Shown here one piece after another: positions 48,061 to 61,300 of a DNA stretch of 64,000 nucleotides. A program made the translations under genes and the position numbers. The notes beneath the pieces were generated by a model, which saw only the letters and a list, made by a program, of their open reading frames with translations, searched no databases and was not told the origin of the DNA. Numbering within the stretch: the stretch's first letter is position 1; each line of letters starts with the position of its first letter. Location of the stretch: assembly GCA_030704615.1 (NCBI GenBank), contig CM060732.1, forward strand, positions 51,708,001 to 51,772,000, written 5' to 3'. Source of the DNA: Takakia lepidozioides. Its lineage: Eukaryota > Plantae > Bryophyta.

Positions 48061-49324
48061 TCCAGATTCTAAACGAGCTGGCAAAGAAAAACTACAAGTC
48101 CCACAGCCCTCTACATGCAGACCCCATAACCCTAATAACCTTTTTGAACTTTTAAATTCTCTAAACAAAAGTCTATGTGTTATGTCGTCCAAGGCATGTT
48201 GAATAGAGGTGGAAGTCATTTCATCCATCTATCTTCCACCTGGATGGTCAATGTGCCACGCCATATAGCTGCCCCAAATTCCTGTAGGACATCTCACACT
48301 AACCTCACACTCCATGACTCATTTCACACTCATGTCAAATACCCCATATGCATTATCTTGGTCAACACCCGTTGACCGTATGGGTGTCATTCGAGTGTGA
48401 AATTTGTAACACCATGTGGGTTTTCCTACAATGGTCCATATCACACCTTGCCTCCTCTCACATGGGTGTAAGAGGAGCTGTTCAAGTGCCAGGTGTGAAC
48501 TATGGGTGGTGTTGGAAAAACCGGTTTCTGTAGTAGTGCATGTTCTGCTTGTGTCCGCCTTTGCAATCGATGGGCAGTAGGAGGGATCATCTTGGCGAGT
48601 GAGTGAGACTCGTCAGGAAATGGAGACAGACATAGAGAGTCCAGAAGTTACACCATGGCGCAAGCCTACAGCGAGGGAGGTAGAACGAGCAAAGCGTCAA
48701 GTGGAGAACAAGGCATTCTTCGCACGACTGAAGATCTACGACATTGCAAAGAGGTTCGAACTTCCGTTTTTTTCATATCCCCTACCTAGCCCTAGCCATG
48801 AAACCGCATTAAAAGCTCCAAACCTGCAGAGAGGATATGTTAGGGTTTTGCAGCTGCTGACTTTGTCTTTCTTCTTCTTTGCAGCGTCGAAGAGAGCTTG
48901 AGTCGCCTGTTGAGGAAATCCTCAAACACACATGTCCTCCTCGCCAAAGTCACAGAGTTCAACTCCTGCACTCTGCAATGTCACAACGGGAGAAAAGAGG
49001 TAGAGCAAGACGAGGAAGCGCAGGTTCAAGCGGAGTCAGACACAGAGGAGGCACGAGAGCAAGAATTGCAGCGAGACCAAGATTATGCCGCACATGAAGA
49101 CTTGAATGAGACCAACTCGGAGTCAGAGATGGAAACGATGAAAGAAGCCCCAACAAAGACAAAGCGTGCAAAGCACCCTGCAAACTCCCCAACCCATCAG
49201 CAGGTTTGCGATCTGCACCAAAGTTCTATCTCCATGTGCATATGAAAAGGCAGTGAGGGTAAGAAACAATTGCAGCAAGGTTGTTGGGCATGAGTCTTGC
49301 ATATGAATTTGGGTGGGAAAAGGC

Positions 49325-49552
49325 TCACTGGAATGTCAACTCCAGTTGCCTGCTTTCTAGCTTGGTCTCAGTCCACTGCACTTGGTCACCTCTTGTCTTG
49401 TTATTCAAGGTCAAAAGCTGAAGCTCTTCCAGACAGTTAATTAACCGTCTGCCATTAGAATTCAGCTCGTCCTCACCAGAAGACCCAATGATATCGTCCT
49501 GATGGAGCCCTTTGCCCACTTGGGCATTGAAGTCACCTTGCAATAGCACCAC
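49325..49552 (-). mobile_element. Non-LTR retrotransposon APE endonuclease fragment
   Basis: VLLQGDFNAQVG..NSNGRRLINCLEELQLLTLN..WT. Confidence 0.8.
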
Positions 49553-50150
49553 AGAGATGAAGAGAAGCTTTGGAATGAGACACTTTTCTGACCCCAGTCA
49601 ATGGTGGGACAATGTGGGTGGATGGTCAACTGGAAACAGCAGCGGTAGCAGTGCAGTTGATAGAGCACGACACTGCTGATGAAGGTACCTTCTTCAACAC
49701 ATTTCAGCCTGAGGGCACCTTCTGGTTTGACCTATTTCAGCCTGTTTTTCCCTCTCATCAGACTCAGCCCTGAAGCATATGTATTGAATTCTGTAAGTTA
49801 GCACGTTGGGTGGATCTGCGGTGCTTTGGAGTGACTTTGCAAGTTATTGTCGAGGTGGCAGCATGACAGTACCTAAAAAAAGATAACAGAGATGGAGAGA
49901 AGCTTTCAAGGAATGAATACTTTTCTGACCCCAGTCAGTGGTGGGACAATGTGAGTAGATGGTCAACTGGAAATAGCAGCGGCAGCAGCGCAATTGATAG
50001 AACAAGGGACTACTAATGAAGGTACCTTCTTCAACACATTTCAGCCTATTTTTCCCTGTTATCAGAGTCGTCCCTGAATTTCCAGATGGCCGGATTCCAA
50101 GCTCCAGATTACCTATGATTCCATGTGGAAGGATAGCTACAAGAAACCTC
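49553..50150 (+). pseudogene. Further PDF-motif fragments
   Basis: EKLWNE..FSDPSQWWDN appears twice; YDSMWKDSYKKP at the end. Confidence 0.7.
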
Positions 50151-50377
50151 CAAAATGACCCAAGTTCTCAAGAGCTCACAAGAAACAAGAACACATTTGG
50201 TTATCTTTGGAGAAGAAGCCAGGTATCCCCCTTGCTGATTTGTCCGACTTTTACTGTCCAATCGGATGATTGCATTGTGGAGGCTTTGAAAACTGGATTT
50301 CTAGAAGCGCAACTTTTATGCCATAAACTTGGGATGAAACCAAACAAAGCGACAAACTTGGATTGGTGGAATGAGCC

Positions 50378-51215
50378 ATGGAGGCTGAGCTATTAACAAG
50401 CATGGAAGAGGAGGGTGATGATGTCGATGCCATAGATTCTATTTGTCCTCTTAATGCAGACACACATATTCAAAATGAGGTCGTGGAAGATGAATTGGTG
50501 TGCGGGCCTTCGTATTCAATGGAGGATGTTTTGTGCCAACCTTTGGATGATCATGCGGAAGAGGTACTTGTTCAAAGTGAATTGACACATACTCTGGATG
50601 CTGTCATTGATGAGTTTGAACAAGAGAAAGATGGATCGAAGGCGGTGGTTCCATTTGTCAAAGTAGACGGGAAGACCATATTCAAAAGCACTTTGGTTAG
50701 CCAACTCAATGGCAACCCTACTCTATCCAAGGATAGATTGACACAAGTAAGAAGTGCATCGATGTTGTTTTGCCGAGAAAACAAACCAACTACCAGCAAC
50801 AAAGCCACGAGCTTGGGATTGGGTTCGGATTGTGCTGTATTTTTTTGTTGATGAGGAGACTGCGATCCAAACTACAAACAGGAAAGGCAGACCAAGGAAA
50901 ACCTACAGAGGAGCAACCAAAGGCACTTGGTATTTGGGCAGGGTTCAAAGAATGCGGAAGAAAATCAATAAGCGGTTTGTAGAATGTAGGGATTCTGTTG
51001 ATTTATTGGAGCGTCCTTCTCATATGGAGATTGGGTTAGCATGGTACCAATTTTTTTGAGGAGGGGTCTATACGTACGATTTGACGGATAACATGATAGT
51101 TGATTTGGATTCCATTATCGCGTTAGCATGTTTAAAGTACAATGTCAAGTCAAACACATATGTACTTGATGCAAATGACCGAAAAGTCTTTGACAACTTT
51201 ATCAAAGGCAATTTT
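50378..51215 (+). pseudogene. Probable DNA-transposon-derived ORF, C-terminal fragment
   Basis: KTIFKSTLVSQLNGNPTLSKDRLTQV..WYLGRVQRM..WY..YTYDLTD, with frameshifts in T runs. Family not assigned. Confidence 0.4.
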
Positions 51216-53056
51216 TTTTAAAATTAATTTGTTAGATTTTATTATGTTTTAAATGAATAAATTCGATATAATATAAAAACATACATATACATATTGGAGG
51301 GTTATTTTTAATGACGGAAAATGAGAATATACATACAGAAGGGGGTACTTTTTAACAATTGTAAATTTTTGTATATTTACAGGAGGGGGTTTTATAATCT
51401 TCAAAAAGTATGTACAGAGGGGGTATAAATTATCCAAGGATCCGTATATAGGGGGTTTTTTTATTAGGCGACGAACGCACGTGATACGCACAGTTTATAA
51501 AGAGTGCACCCCCTAGGCTAACCCCCCTCTCCACAAGGTAACCGGGTAGAGAACCTGATGCGGCTTATGGTTTGGAATACTAGGTTCCTAACATAGCCCA
51601 TACCTGCATCTATTCGCGGCCTTCCGTGGCTCCAACCGCCACGACTCCTCATGGCCTGCCCTAGGTGCTCGTTGGCCACGGGCTGCCCCATGATACCCCG
51701 TGGTACCATGCCCACGAGCCTTCATGGCCCGCCATCCCCATGATCTGATCACCGTGCCCACCCGTTGTGTCCGCACCACGGCTTCCAACGGTCACGGTCA
51801 ACGGTCATGACCTGGGTTAGTGGTATCTCGTGATACTGCCCAATGGCCCATCACGGCCATTATTCCCTGCGTTCCCTGGAACTCCCAACGAGTTCCCATG
51901 CGTTCCCGAGCTGGGGTTTGCTCCTGCACCTGCTACCGATGAGCTATGGCTTCTGCGGAGCCATCAACCCCGTCGCCCTGCACTCCTGAGCTCTCATGGC
52001 CCACTAGAAGCGCCCCCAACTCAACAAGCAAGCCATATGCTGCCCCACAAGCTCCATTTTCTCCATGAAGCTTACAAAAACAAATCTGAAAATACACACA
52101 TTTATAAACTTGGTGCACATGCACTTCTCATGCATATTCCCTAGCTCTAGGACGCCTCGCTGTTGCCCTTCCAGCCCCGCTCTTGCCACTCCAAGAGCCC
52201 TTACACTGCTAAGTTTCAGATTGAAACTCCAACTCAACACATGTTTCATCAGTGCACTGATTTGCACGCAAGAGGGACCAGCCCCTTCTCTTCACTCATA
52301 CCTCTTCATGAGCTTGGAACTGAAGCTCCCAACGGGCTGCGATGCATCCTCTTGCAGCTCCACTATTCGGCTGCTCCTCATCTACCCGCAACAACTGATT
52401 TCGGGCAGAAATACCTGGAGCTGATCATACCATCTCCAACTTGCAACATCTTAGCTTCCCATGCGCAGCCCACATTCTTGCAGCTCCTTAACTCGGCTTG
52501 CAACTGAAGCAGACGACCACCAGTTCGCCCACTTGTGGCCAACATATCCTCCGTTTCACACTAGAACCGCATACTTAGTTGCCATAGGGTTGAGCTATGC
52601 AACACTGACTGCCTCTCTATCCATTGCAAACTTACAACCTGTTCGCCTTCGCGCTCTATCCGCTTTGGATAGGCTCATGCACGGATCCCTGCACTCTAGG
52701 CTAAACCGCTTTTCATGATCTGAAAACATAAGTGCTACAACTAACTCAAACCTGGTACTCGGGTGATAAAGAAATGAATGATACAAGCACACAAGCTCTC
52801 TCAAACTCACATACTTGCACATGAAAACATCACTAATATATTAAGTCAAGCCAAGTGCACCCCACGCCATGGGGAATCCATACTACGGCGCCATAGCTAG
52901 ACGCGGTGAGGCTCAACTCGAGAAAGATGAGCCTACCACGATCTGCCGTGTAGATAACAACGCTAGGTGCCCAAACATGTATTGGCCCCTGGATTGACAC
53001 TTGGGTCAATCCCAAATGTCAATATATAAAAGCTAGCTATTTCCTAGCTAACTTCA

Positions 53057-56000
53057 CACTAGTGGTGAAATAACTTGACAAATTCTTAATGTCACTGTAA
53101 ATGTAGCGACCGCCAATGCTGGCGGTCGTTTATTTATTTTATTTATGGAAAATGGAGCGACCGCCAATTCTCGCGGCCGCTTATTTTGTTTTTCGGAAAA
53201 CAGAGCGACCGCCAAGTGGGCAGTCGGTTCTAGAAGATTTGCCCTGCGAGGAATGAGGGGGGGGGGGGCATATAAGCCAAGGGAGGCTCATTTTTCCCTC
53301 ACTTCCTCTCCACACAACTTTTGTGTGCGTGACATTTCATTATTCCACGACACGTAGTCACGTGGAGAAGGAGGCCATTAGTTCGGTGGGGGGTATTTTT
53401 TGCTGCGATTTATGTGAGATTGTTATAGAATGCTCCCATAGGCCCTTCTATGGCTTTTAAGATCATTTTATTCTACAAAATTATCTTTTAGGAACTATTC
53501 TGATACCTATTCAAACTTGTTTATGGTGAAGGATTTAGAGTTACGTCTTATTAGTAAACCTCGTTTAGTGTTGCTCTGATTGTTGCAGAATGGCAGAGGG
53601 TCAAGACGATGAGCATCATGGAAGAGATGACCCCAATGAACATGGATTGCCCCCTAAGAAAATCAAATGGTCAATGCAAGACTTGAATTGAGAAGTATAT
53701 GGTGAGCCTAACATACTAGCAGAAAAATGATGAGATGATGTTCCGGAAGAATTCAGGTGGCCGATGGCGAGATACAAAAATTCATGAAGTGGTACTACAT
53801 CAATCGATTGTGGCCTTTAGATAGGCATGACATACAAACCCGAAACAATTACGCAGAGTCCAGGTCTTGCATTTCCAACATAGGGTGAATGAGGTGCATT
53901 GCACATTGTGGGGTCAACCTCTCTTAAAGTGCCAAATCCCGTACACCTTGGCAGCCATGTTATACGTGGAGGAAACCATGGTTAAGGAACAGCGAATTGC
54001 GGATAAGAGAAGGAGGAAATGAAAAGAACCAGTATTAGAAACCGGGGAATACTCGAGGGTCGTCATTCAATCCGAGATGAATCCGATATCAGATGTCGAC
54101 CACGTTACAAAGGAGCGGGACATTGCCATGGCAACTGCATGACGCTTGTCCAAACCATTGGAGATTCGGGCATGGATCCCATTGAATGGCGATTAGGAGA
54201 ATTGGGTATAGTATTACAAGGGCTAATGTGACTATTTCATTATTGTTGTTGTCGTACAACCTTTGTAGCATTGAATGTCAACAACCTCCCGTAAATTGGT
54301 CCTCGAACATACTTTGATCAAAATGAGCGCCGTCATGTATTCCGACCGCTATCTTCCCAACAGCAAAGGCCTCCGACGTCATGGGGGGGGCCGGGGGGGA
54401 GGGGTGATATTCGCATTGAAAACCGATGCAATATCTTTTTCCACCCACCTCTTTTCGCAAGTTCCCGGTCCAGCTTGTATTGGTTTTCAAATTGATACGG
54501 CGAGGCTTTGCGTATGCCCAATGGGGTGGCTAAGCCCCAATCACACACCCTAATCTTGATCTCCTCGGTATCATCTGGAAAATGCAACAAGATGTTGTCG
54601 GGGGACAAGTCGTTGTGCATGACACCGTTCTTGTGGACAACATCCATGATGCACAACAGTGCCCATGCAAGTTTACTGTGCACTTTCTGGAAACGAAGCA
54701 AGCAATTGCATTCCTGAAACTCTGCTTCCGTTCCCCTTTGTTAAAAAATCACCATATTGTCCGCATCGTTGCCCTATTTTCTGTCAAGGTTCATTATGTC
54801 GCGTATTGTCCCCCTATTCCACTAGAGAGCGTAACCCTCTACCTCACATGCATGCACAGCAAAATATGTGATAACACCCGGATGCTGGAACTTCACTGTC
54901 AAACATTCGTCGTTATGTTGTCTCAACGTTTTTTCTGGATTTTTGGACTTGGACCTTAGCATACCCTCCTTCTTTGTAAGGTCCAATCTCTACCACATTT
55001 GGTTCAAGTAATAAAAACCAGTTGTGCCTCCCCCGCCCGATGGCCCCGCCGTCCAAGGGACAACCCTAGTCCGACGATGTGAATTCTGATTTGCCGAGCA
55101 AACCCAATACTCAACACGCTACATTAACTCAGCTTCGGCGGAGGGCATCTGACCCTCGGTTGTTTTACCCTTCGATGTCTTCATTAGCTGCCTCAAATTC
55201 CACGTGATGTCTTTCGCCCTATTCTGGATCCACCGACTGAACTTCGGCTTGTCTCTGTCCGTTGTCCACTTAATCCCCGCCAAAACGTTCGTCATTTTTC
55301 TCTCCATATTATACTGGAAAATCTGAAACCCATCCCATCTATGTCTGACATAAGCACTCTCCAGCCTCATCATGTCCCTACCCTTGAAATAATCCACTAC
55401 CACTTCTTTCACCCTATCCAAGGCATCTGGTCCCGGGTAGTCTGGCTTGTTGATCTGGTTATCCCGCTCGTGGGCACGTTCTCTCTTCCTCCGACCCCTA
55501 GACGACCCCGCCCCAGAACTTGAATTCACAGCCCCCGACATTGTATAAACATTTTCCCACTACAGGGGACAAAACCTCAGAAAACGACAATGAACGCGTG
55601 TGGATGATGTCTTCGTAGTTTTTGCAAAAAAAACAGGCCGCCGGAGATCCGAAAACGGCAAAATGGTGATACGATGATTGAACCGTGAACAAGGATGTGG
55701 GACTCACCAATAGAAAACCGACAAAATCCCCCCCCCCAAATAATCACATTTGCACCTCCCGTTAGCAGTGCCAAGCAACGAAGTCTGAAAGGACTACAGG
55801 ATGCCAAGGAACCGCACCACAAGAGCGGCAAAAGTGATCAGAAAATGAGGGGGGAATGGTTTATATAGGCGGTCCCCCCCCCCCTTCCCCCCAAAAAAAA
55901 TGACATTATGCTTGAAAAGGCGCAACAGGCCAGTGGCACCTCGCCATATGTCAGCACGGCGCCACTGGCCAGTCGCGCCTCGCCACGCGCATCTACATGG

Positions 56001-56810
56001 GAGAGGTCAAGTGTTCAAAACCACCTCCCCCCATTCCATTTGTTTCGTTTTTCCTGATCCGCGGCACCTCACCATGTGGCTGGCTAGGCGCCGCCGCTTC
56101 ATGATTTTTTTTTTAAAAAAAAAACCCGCCACACGACGCGTCCCTGGATTTCAAAAAAATAAAAAACACACGACCGCCGCATGGCAGTCGCTATATTTGT
56201 AAAAACAAGAACTGACCGCCACATGGAGGTCGCTGCATTTTTAAAAAAATATGTTAAATAAGCGACCGCCTACTGGTGGTCGCTTAATTCAAGATTCAAA
56301 ATAAAAATAAGTAACCGCCGCTAAATGGCGGTCGCTTCATTTAAAAATAAATATTAAGTAAGCGACCGCCAAACGGCGGTCAGTTCATTTAAGAATCAAA
56401 ATCAAATCAAGCGACCGCCATTTGGCGTTGGTCGCTGTATTGTTTATTAACAAAAATAGCGACGGCCACCAAATGGCGGTCGCTGCATTTTTCAAAAATT
56501 TACTGAAGAAGCGACCGCCAAACGGCGGTCCCTTTATTTAAGACTAAAAATAAAAATAAGCGCGCTGCTAAATCGCGGTCACTAAATGTTCTTAAAAAAA
56601 CTATAGCGACTGCCACATGGCAGTCGCTGTACTTTTACAAAATATATTTAAGATAATATAATATAATATAATATAATACAAGCGAACGCCATTGGGCGGT
56701 CGCTTCATTTAAAAATTAATAAATTACCGGTGACCGCCAATATAGGTGGTCGTTTAATTTAACAAAATATTAAATTACAATCGATCGCCAATATGAGCCG
56801 TCGCTTCATT
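53057..56810. mobile_element. CACTA-like non-autonomous element with kinase cargo
   Basis: CACTAGTGG at 53057; palindromic AGCGACCGCC..GGCGGTCGCT subterminal repeats (3 at 53105-53230, 13 at 56170-56805). Right-hand TAGTG terminus not found. Confidence 0.6.
54000..55541 (-). pseudogene. Protein kinase pseudogene
   Basis: QHPGVI..; MDVVHKNGVMHNDLSPDNILL catalytic loop; VCDWGLA (DFG equivalent); multiple stops. TATA-like cctatataa at ~55861-55869. Confidence 0.8.
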
Positions 56811-56959
56811 TAAATAATAATAAATTATAGGCAGACGTATTTTTTAAATAATTAATAAATATTAATAATTGGCCACGTCTATTTTACACTGTGGCTGTCA
56901 TGTCATTACACAAGGTAGAAGTAAATCGTAAAAGTCAAATATAAAAAAATTGTCCATAC

Positions 56960-57400
56960 TGTGGTTGCCCTCGTCCTACACCTTGTGCCTGACCACCTCG
57001 TCATCTCTGAGGTACTCCAGCTCGCCCTTGGCCACCATTGTTCCCTGGGAACTGGCCTTGCTGCAACTCAGGGTGCAAGTCATAACACTGGGCATCTCCA
57101 TGCCCATACTTGCCACAATGCCCACAGTGCAACTGTGCAGGCTGTGCTTGTGCCGGCCTTTTGCCACTCTCTGGGCAATCTTTCTTGACATGGGGTCCTC
57201 CACATGTCCAACATATCACCCCTGGTTGCTGTTGGCTTGCAAAAGATGCTACTGGCCTCTGCACCTGAGGTCCCCTGTAAGCTCCATGGAATTTGGGTTG
57301 GGGAACCTTGCCCCCCTGACCACGCTATTGGGTAGTCCTTTGTGCCTGTGGGCTGGCAGCTGCGCCTCGTGCAGGCCATCATGCATCGTAATGATTGCCC
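56960..57400 (-). mobile_element. Retrotransposon gag zinc-knuckle fragment
   Basis: CWTCGGPHVKKDCP and CGHCGKYGHGDAQCYDLHPEL. Confidence 0.7.
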
Positions 57401-58337
57401 AATGTTGTCCACCCAATTGACGCAATGCGGTACGCCAACAATAGAAACGAAAGCGAAAGCTGGTATGTGTATTCTCCACCTACCCCGGTCATTTTAGATG
57501 CATGGGATCATATGGATGCAATGGCATGCATGGGGGATGGACGACGATGGCATGCCCAAGGTGGGAGGGGGGATGGGGATGCGGGTGAGGACACGGGAGG
57601 CGTGCAGCGCGGTGTGCGGGCGACGGAGGTGGGGATGGGCGTGGGGTGGCGGGGTGTCCACGCTGGCTGAACCGGCTACCTCGCATTCAACTCCAGGGCC
57701 CATCTAATGCTTGGGGCATCTAGTAGGCTAGAGTTACTTTATCTTGATTCGGACATGCTGGTCTGAAACAGCATATTGCACGTGTTTGTCAAATTTTAGC
57801 AAGTTTGGATCTTTTCCTCGCCTATTTGTGGAGGGTTCCGGCAAGTTGGTCGGCATTGTGAAATGCTAGATCTGCGCAGATATATTGTTTACTTTTCAAG
57901 GGCACCTTAGACTTGCATTGTAATCGCACCCGCCTCTTGCAGTCTTGGGAAGGTTGTGTGTGGAGTACGTAGTGTGAGCTGTTGGCGTCTCAAACCATGT
58001 CTAAGGTACGTAAGGTTGCTATGCTGTATGTTGCTGGGTGTACAGTTGGGAGCATTGTGGTTGCGTTTCTCGCTACTCCCCGACTGGAAATGCACCCACG
58101 GGTGGATCATCTCTCTCTCAGGCGTACGAACTTGTTCGTTGATTTTGTCCCTCTCTCGGACGTTTCTCACTGGGGCGGCTATCTTTTGCATGACCTTCAA
58201 AGTTAACATACCCGTGCATTATGGGTTCTCCCTGGAGACTGTCTGTTGGTTTGAATGATAAGGGATGATCTGCAATCGATTTAGCTTGTCCTTTTCGGAG
58301 GTACAGACGCTTTGGAATTTTACTAAACTGGAGATGT

Positions 58338-61300
58338 ATGATACAGGGAAAGATGCAGGCCCTGGGTGGTCTGGCGAAGCTGCTGAAGAAGGACTGTGAC
58401 GGCGACTTGGTAAGTCTGGAAGGAACGCTGACTGTTCGCAAGAAAGGTTTGCTGAGCAACGTGCATACTGCCTCGGATCTGTTGCTCAACAAGGGTGTGA
58501 CCCTCCAGCTCGTCAGTTCCGATCGACTGGACGGTGGTGGGTTTACTCTTCCCTCCAACAACAATTAGAAAAAGTTGGCTGGAACATCATGCTATTATCG
58601 TTCTGTGACTTGCAGTGAGTCGCATTCATGAAGTCATTTGCTTTAGTGTGCTGACGTGAGAATCAACCTCAGTACGACGTGTCGAGGACTGAGTATCGCC
58701 CCTCAACTCTTAAGCGTACAGCAATCAGGGGGGCGCGTTGGGCGGTGCCAGTACTAGTTGTCATTGTGAGAATTCATATACTGGACTCCAGCGTCTCGAT
58801 CAGTGGGAGTGATTGAACAGGTATCTCCGGAGACTACTGCGCTGAGGAGTTGTCTCGATCTAGTTCACTTACAGACTACGAGAAGATTCATGTGGGGCCG
58901 TCTTTTCTCATTGGCGGTAGCCATAACTTTCACTAAGGTGACTGGTAGGGTATTACCAGCCGAGAAATGAACGATAGAATAGATCTCTGAAGCTGTATGA
59001 AGCTTCGAGGGGCGTCTTGACATAGCATTGAACCGCGCTTCAAATCTTTGAGTCGGTAATATAAGAATCGTTACGACTGGTTCTTATGAAAATCCAGTCC
59101 CCCTCTTATTGTATGCAACAGGAGTAGGACGTCCTCCTCCCCCGTTGCTGTGTGGCCGGATTGGTGCCGTTGTTGTGCAGGTTCCGAGATTTTGTTCTCT
59201 TTGCATCTTAAACCTGCTGCATGCTTGATAAACATTGAACTCCATTAAACACAGAATATTTTAATGTTCTGTAAATATCGTGGACTCATTGTGGATTTCA
59301 GGCGTCCAATTTTCGTGTTGTTTTAGACCGATTCAAACCGGTTTTGAACCATCGTTTCGGATCGGACCTGGCTACATCATCAATAAGGTCTGCCCACCTA
59401 AATTGTTTATTGAAATCCTTCACTCTATTTGTTGAGAACTTTTATTCTAATGCTCCTTGCTGTTCCTGCTGCAGGCTCAAGCATTGGAAAGTTCAGCAAG
59501 GAATGTGAAGTGGAGCATTGGCTTAGTGTCACGGGGGGTGAATCCACATACAAGGTGACTCTGAAGGTGCCTAGAGATTTCGGGACACCAGGGGCCCTAC
59601 TTGTGCGCAATACTTATAGTTTCGAGTTCTTCCTCGTCTCTTTCAACCTCGTACTGCCAAATAGGAGGAGTGTTTACTTCCCCTGTTACTCCTGGGTTTA
59701 CCATGTGAAGAAGTACAATGGCGAACGCATCTTTTTCAGCAATCAGGTGCTGCACTGAGCTCTGGATTTTTCCTCAAATACTCATTGAGCTACTATTCGT
59801 CTGACCTGTTTATGCCATCCCATGTGCACACCGCGCAGATCATCCCTATGTACATCTAGATACGTAGCAGTCCTGAATGAACTGAACATTGGGCTCTTCA
59901 GGTTTGTGAAACACTTTGTGAGCTATTAGTGTGCCTAGCTTTTGGAGGATAGGAATATTTTATGTTCAGTCATAAGCTATGAACATTACACGAATTAGCA
60001 GCAGCTTGGATTGACGAAACGTGCACATGTCACTCAGGCCTTGTCTTTTGACAATTGGTGGTTCCAACAGGTGTACTTGCCAGACAAGACGCCCCAAGGC
60101 CTGCTGCAACTGCGTGAGTCAGAACTGGTGACCATGCGTGGCGATGGTCGTGGTGAAAGAAACGAATGGGATAGGATTTATGACTACGACCTCTACAATG
60201 ACCTGGGTGATCCTAATAAACCAGAGATGAAGAGACCCGGTTTGGGAGGCCAGGACTTGCCCTTTCCACGCCGGTGCCGAACTAATCGAAAGCGTCACGA
60301 CAAAGGTAATTACTTTAAATCTATTTGACAAAATCAGTCTTTCAAAGAATCTGGTCCTCAAAATGAAAAGTTGGAACTTGCTTATCCTAGTAATTCTCAT
60401 CAGACTTGCAATCGACTAGCTTCACTGAGTGTAGAAATGTCCTAAGGGTTCGGCTTGGTATTTTGCAGATCCATCGGCTGAGACCTCAGCCAAAGGAAGC
60501 TCTGGGTGTTACGTTCCCCGCGATGAGCAGTATGATGCACAGAAGCAGGCTGACTTTCTCTTTGACAACGTGGTCGCCCTTGGCCACAATCTGTTGCCTT
60601 CCCTCAGGAACTTACTCTTAGGCAGCAATGAGTTTAAGTGTTTCAAGGATGTGCTTAGCCTGTACCTGGAGGGTATTGATTACCATTCGAAATTGAGGGC
60701 CCTACAAGCGAGCTCTGCCAACGGTGAAATTGACCCTCTCCAAGTACTGGCAGATCTGGGTGTTGATAGGCAGAAGAGTACCGCGAAGTTCCCCAAGCCT
60801 CAAATTCTTCTAAGTGAGTACACTGTCACATATATCCAACTCATCCCGTGGGTGTAAGGGCTGTAGAATCTCAATTTGCATTCTTTCCGTTGCTCCCATG
60901 TTCCCCCAATATCTGTAGGCATTTCCTCTGCAATTATCTTCCTGTAGACGGGAGTGAATCTCTTTCTTCCTGTGTCTTCCTGTTACAGATCATTGTCATC
61001 ATTCAAAGTTGGATAATCATCAGACCCTTTGAGCGCCAAAGCAGAGTGTGGTGGGGGCGCCCTTCATCTTACAGGAGGGATGTGCCTTTGCATGATATTT
61101 AATATATAGTAACTCTTACTGCTGGTTTGGAGCCTGATCTGTCCAATGGTCAGGTACATAGCTCTGAGCGATCAAGGTCGTCCACCAGCAGGGAACATAG
61201 ATCTTCGAGTGCCGTGTACGAATGTCAACCTTAATGGGCATGTGTGTATTTGGTTGCAGCTGGCGACGAAGCATGGAGGGATGATGAGGAGTTTGCCCGT

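Noticed and set aside
48540-49245. Short acidic two-exon gene
   Set aside because: Low complexity with no identifiable domain; possibly part of the TE that includes 50.2-51.2 kb, but unsupported.
51500-53040. Protein-coding genes among the short ORFs
   Set aside because: No recognisable domain or splice structure; probably TE or LTR-derived.
56170-56805. CRISPR-like palindromic repeats with spacers
   Set aside because: Repeats are degenerate, spacers are AT-rich and resemble one another, no cas genes are present, and the same motif follows CACTA at 53.1 kb. These are subterminal TE repeats.
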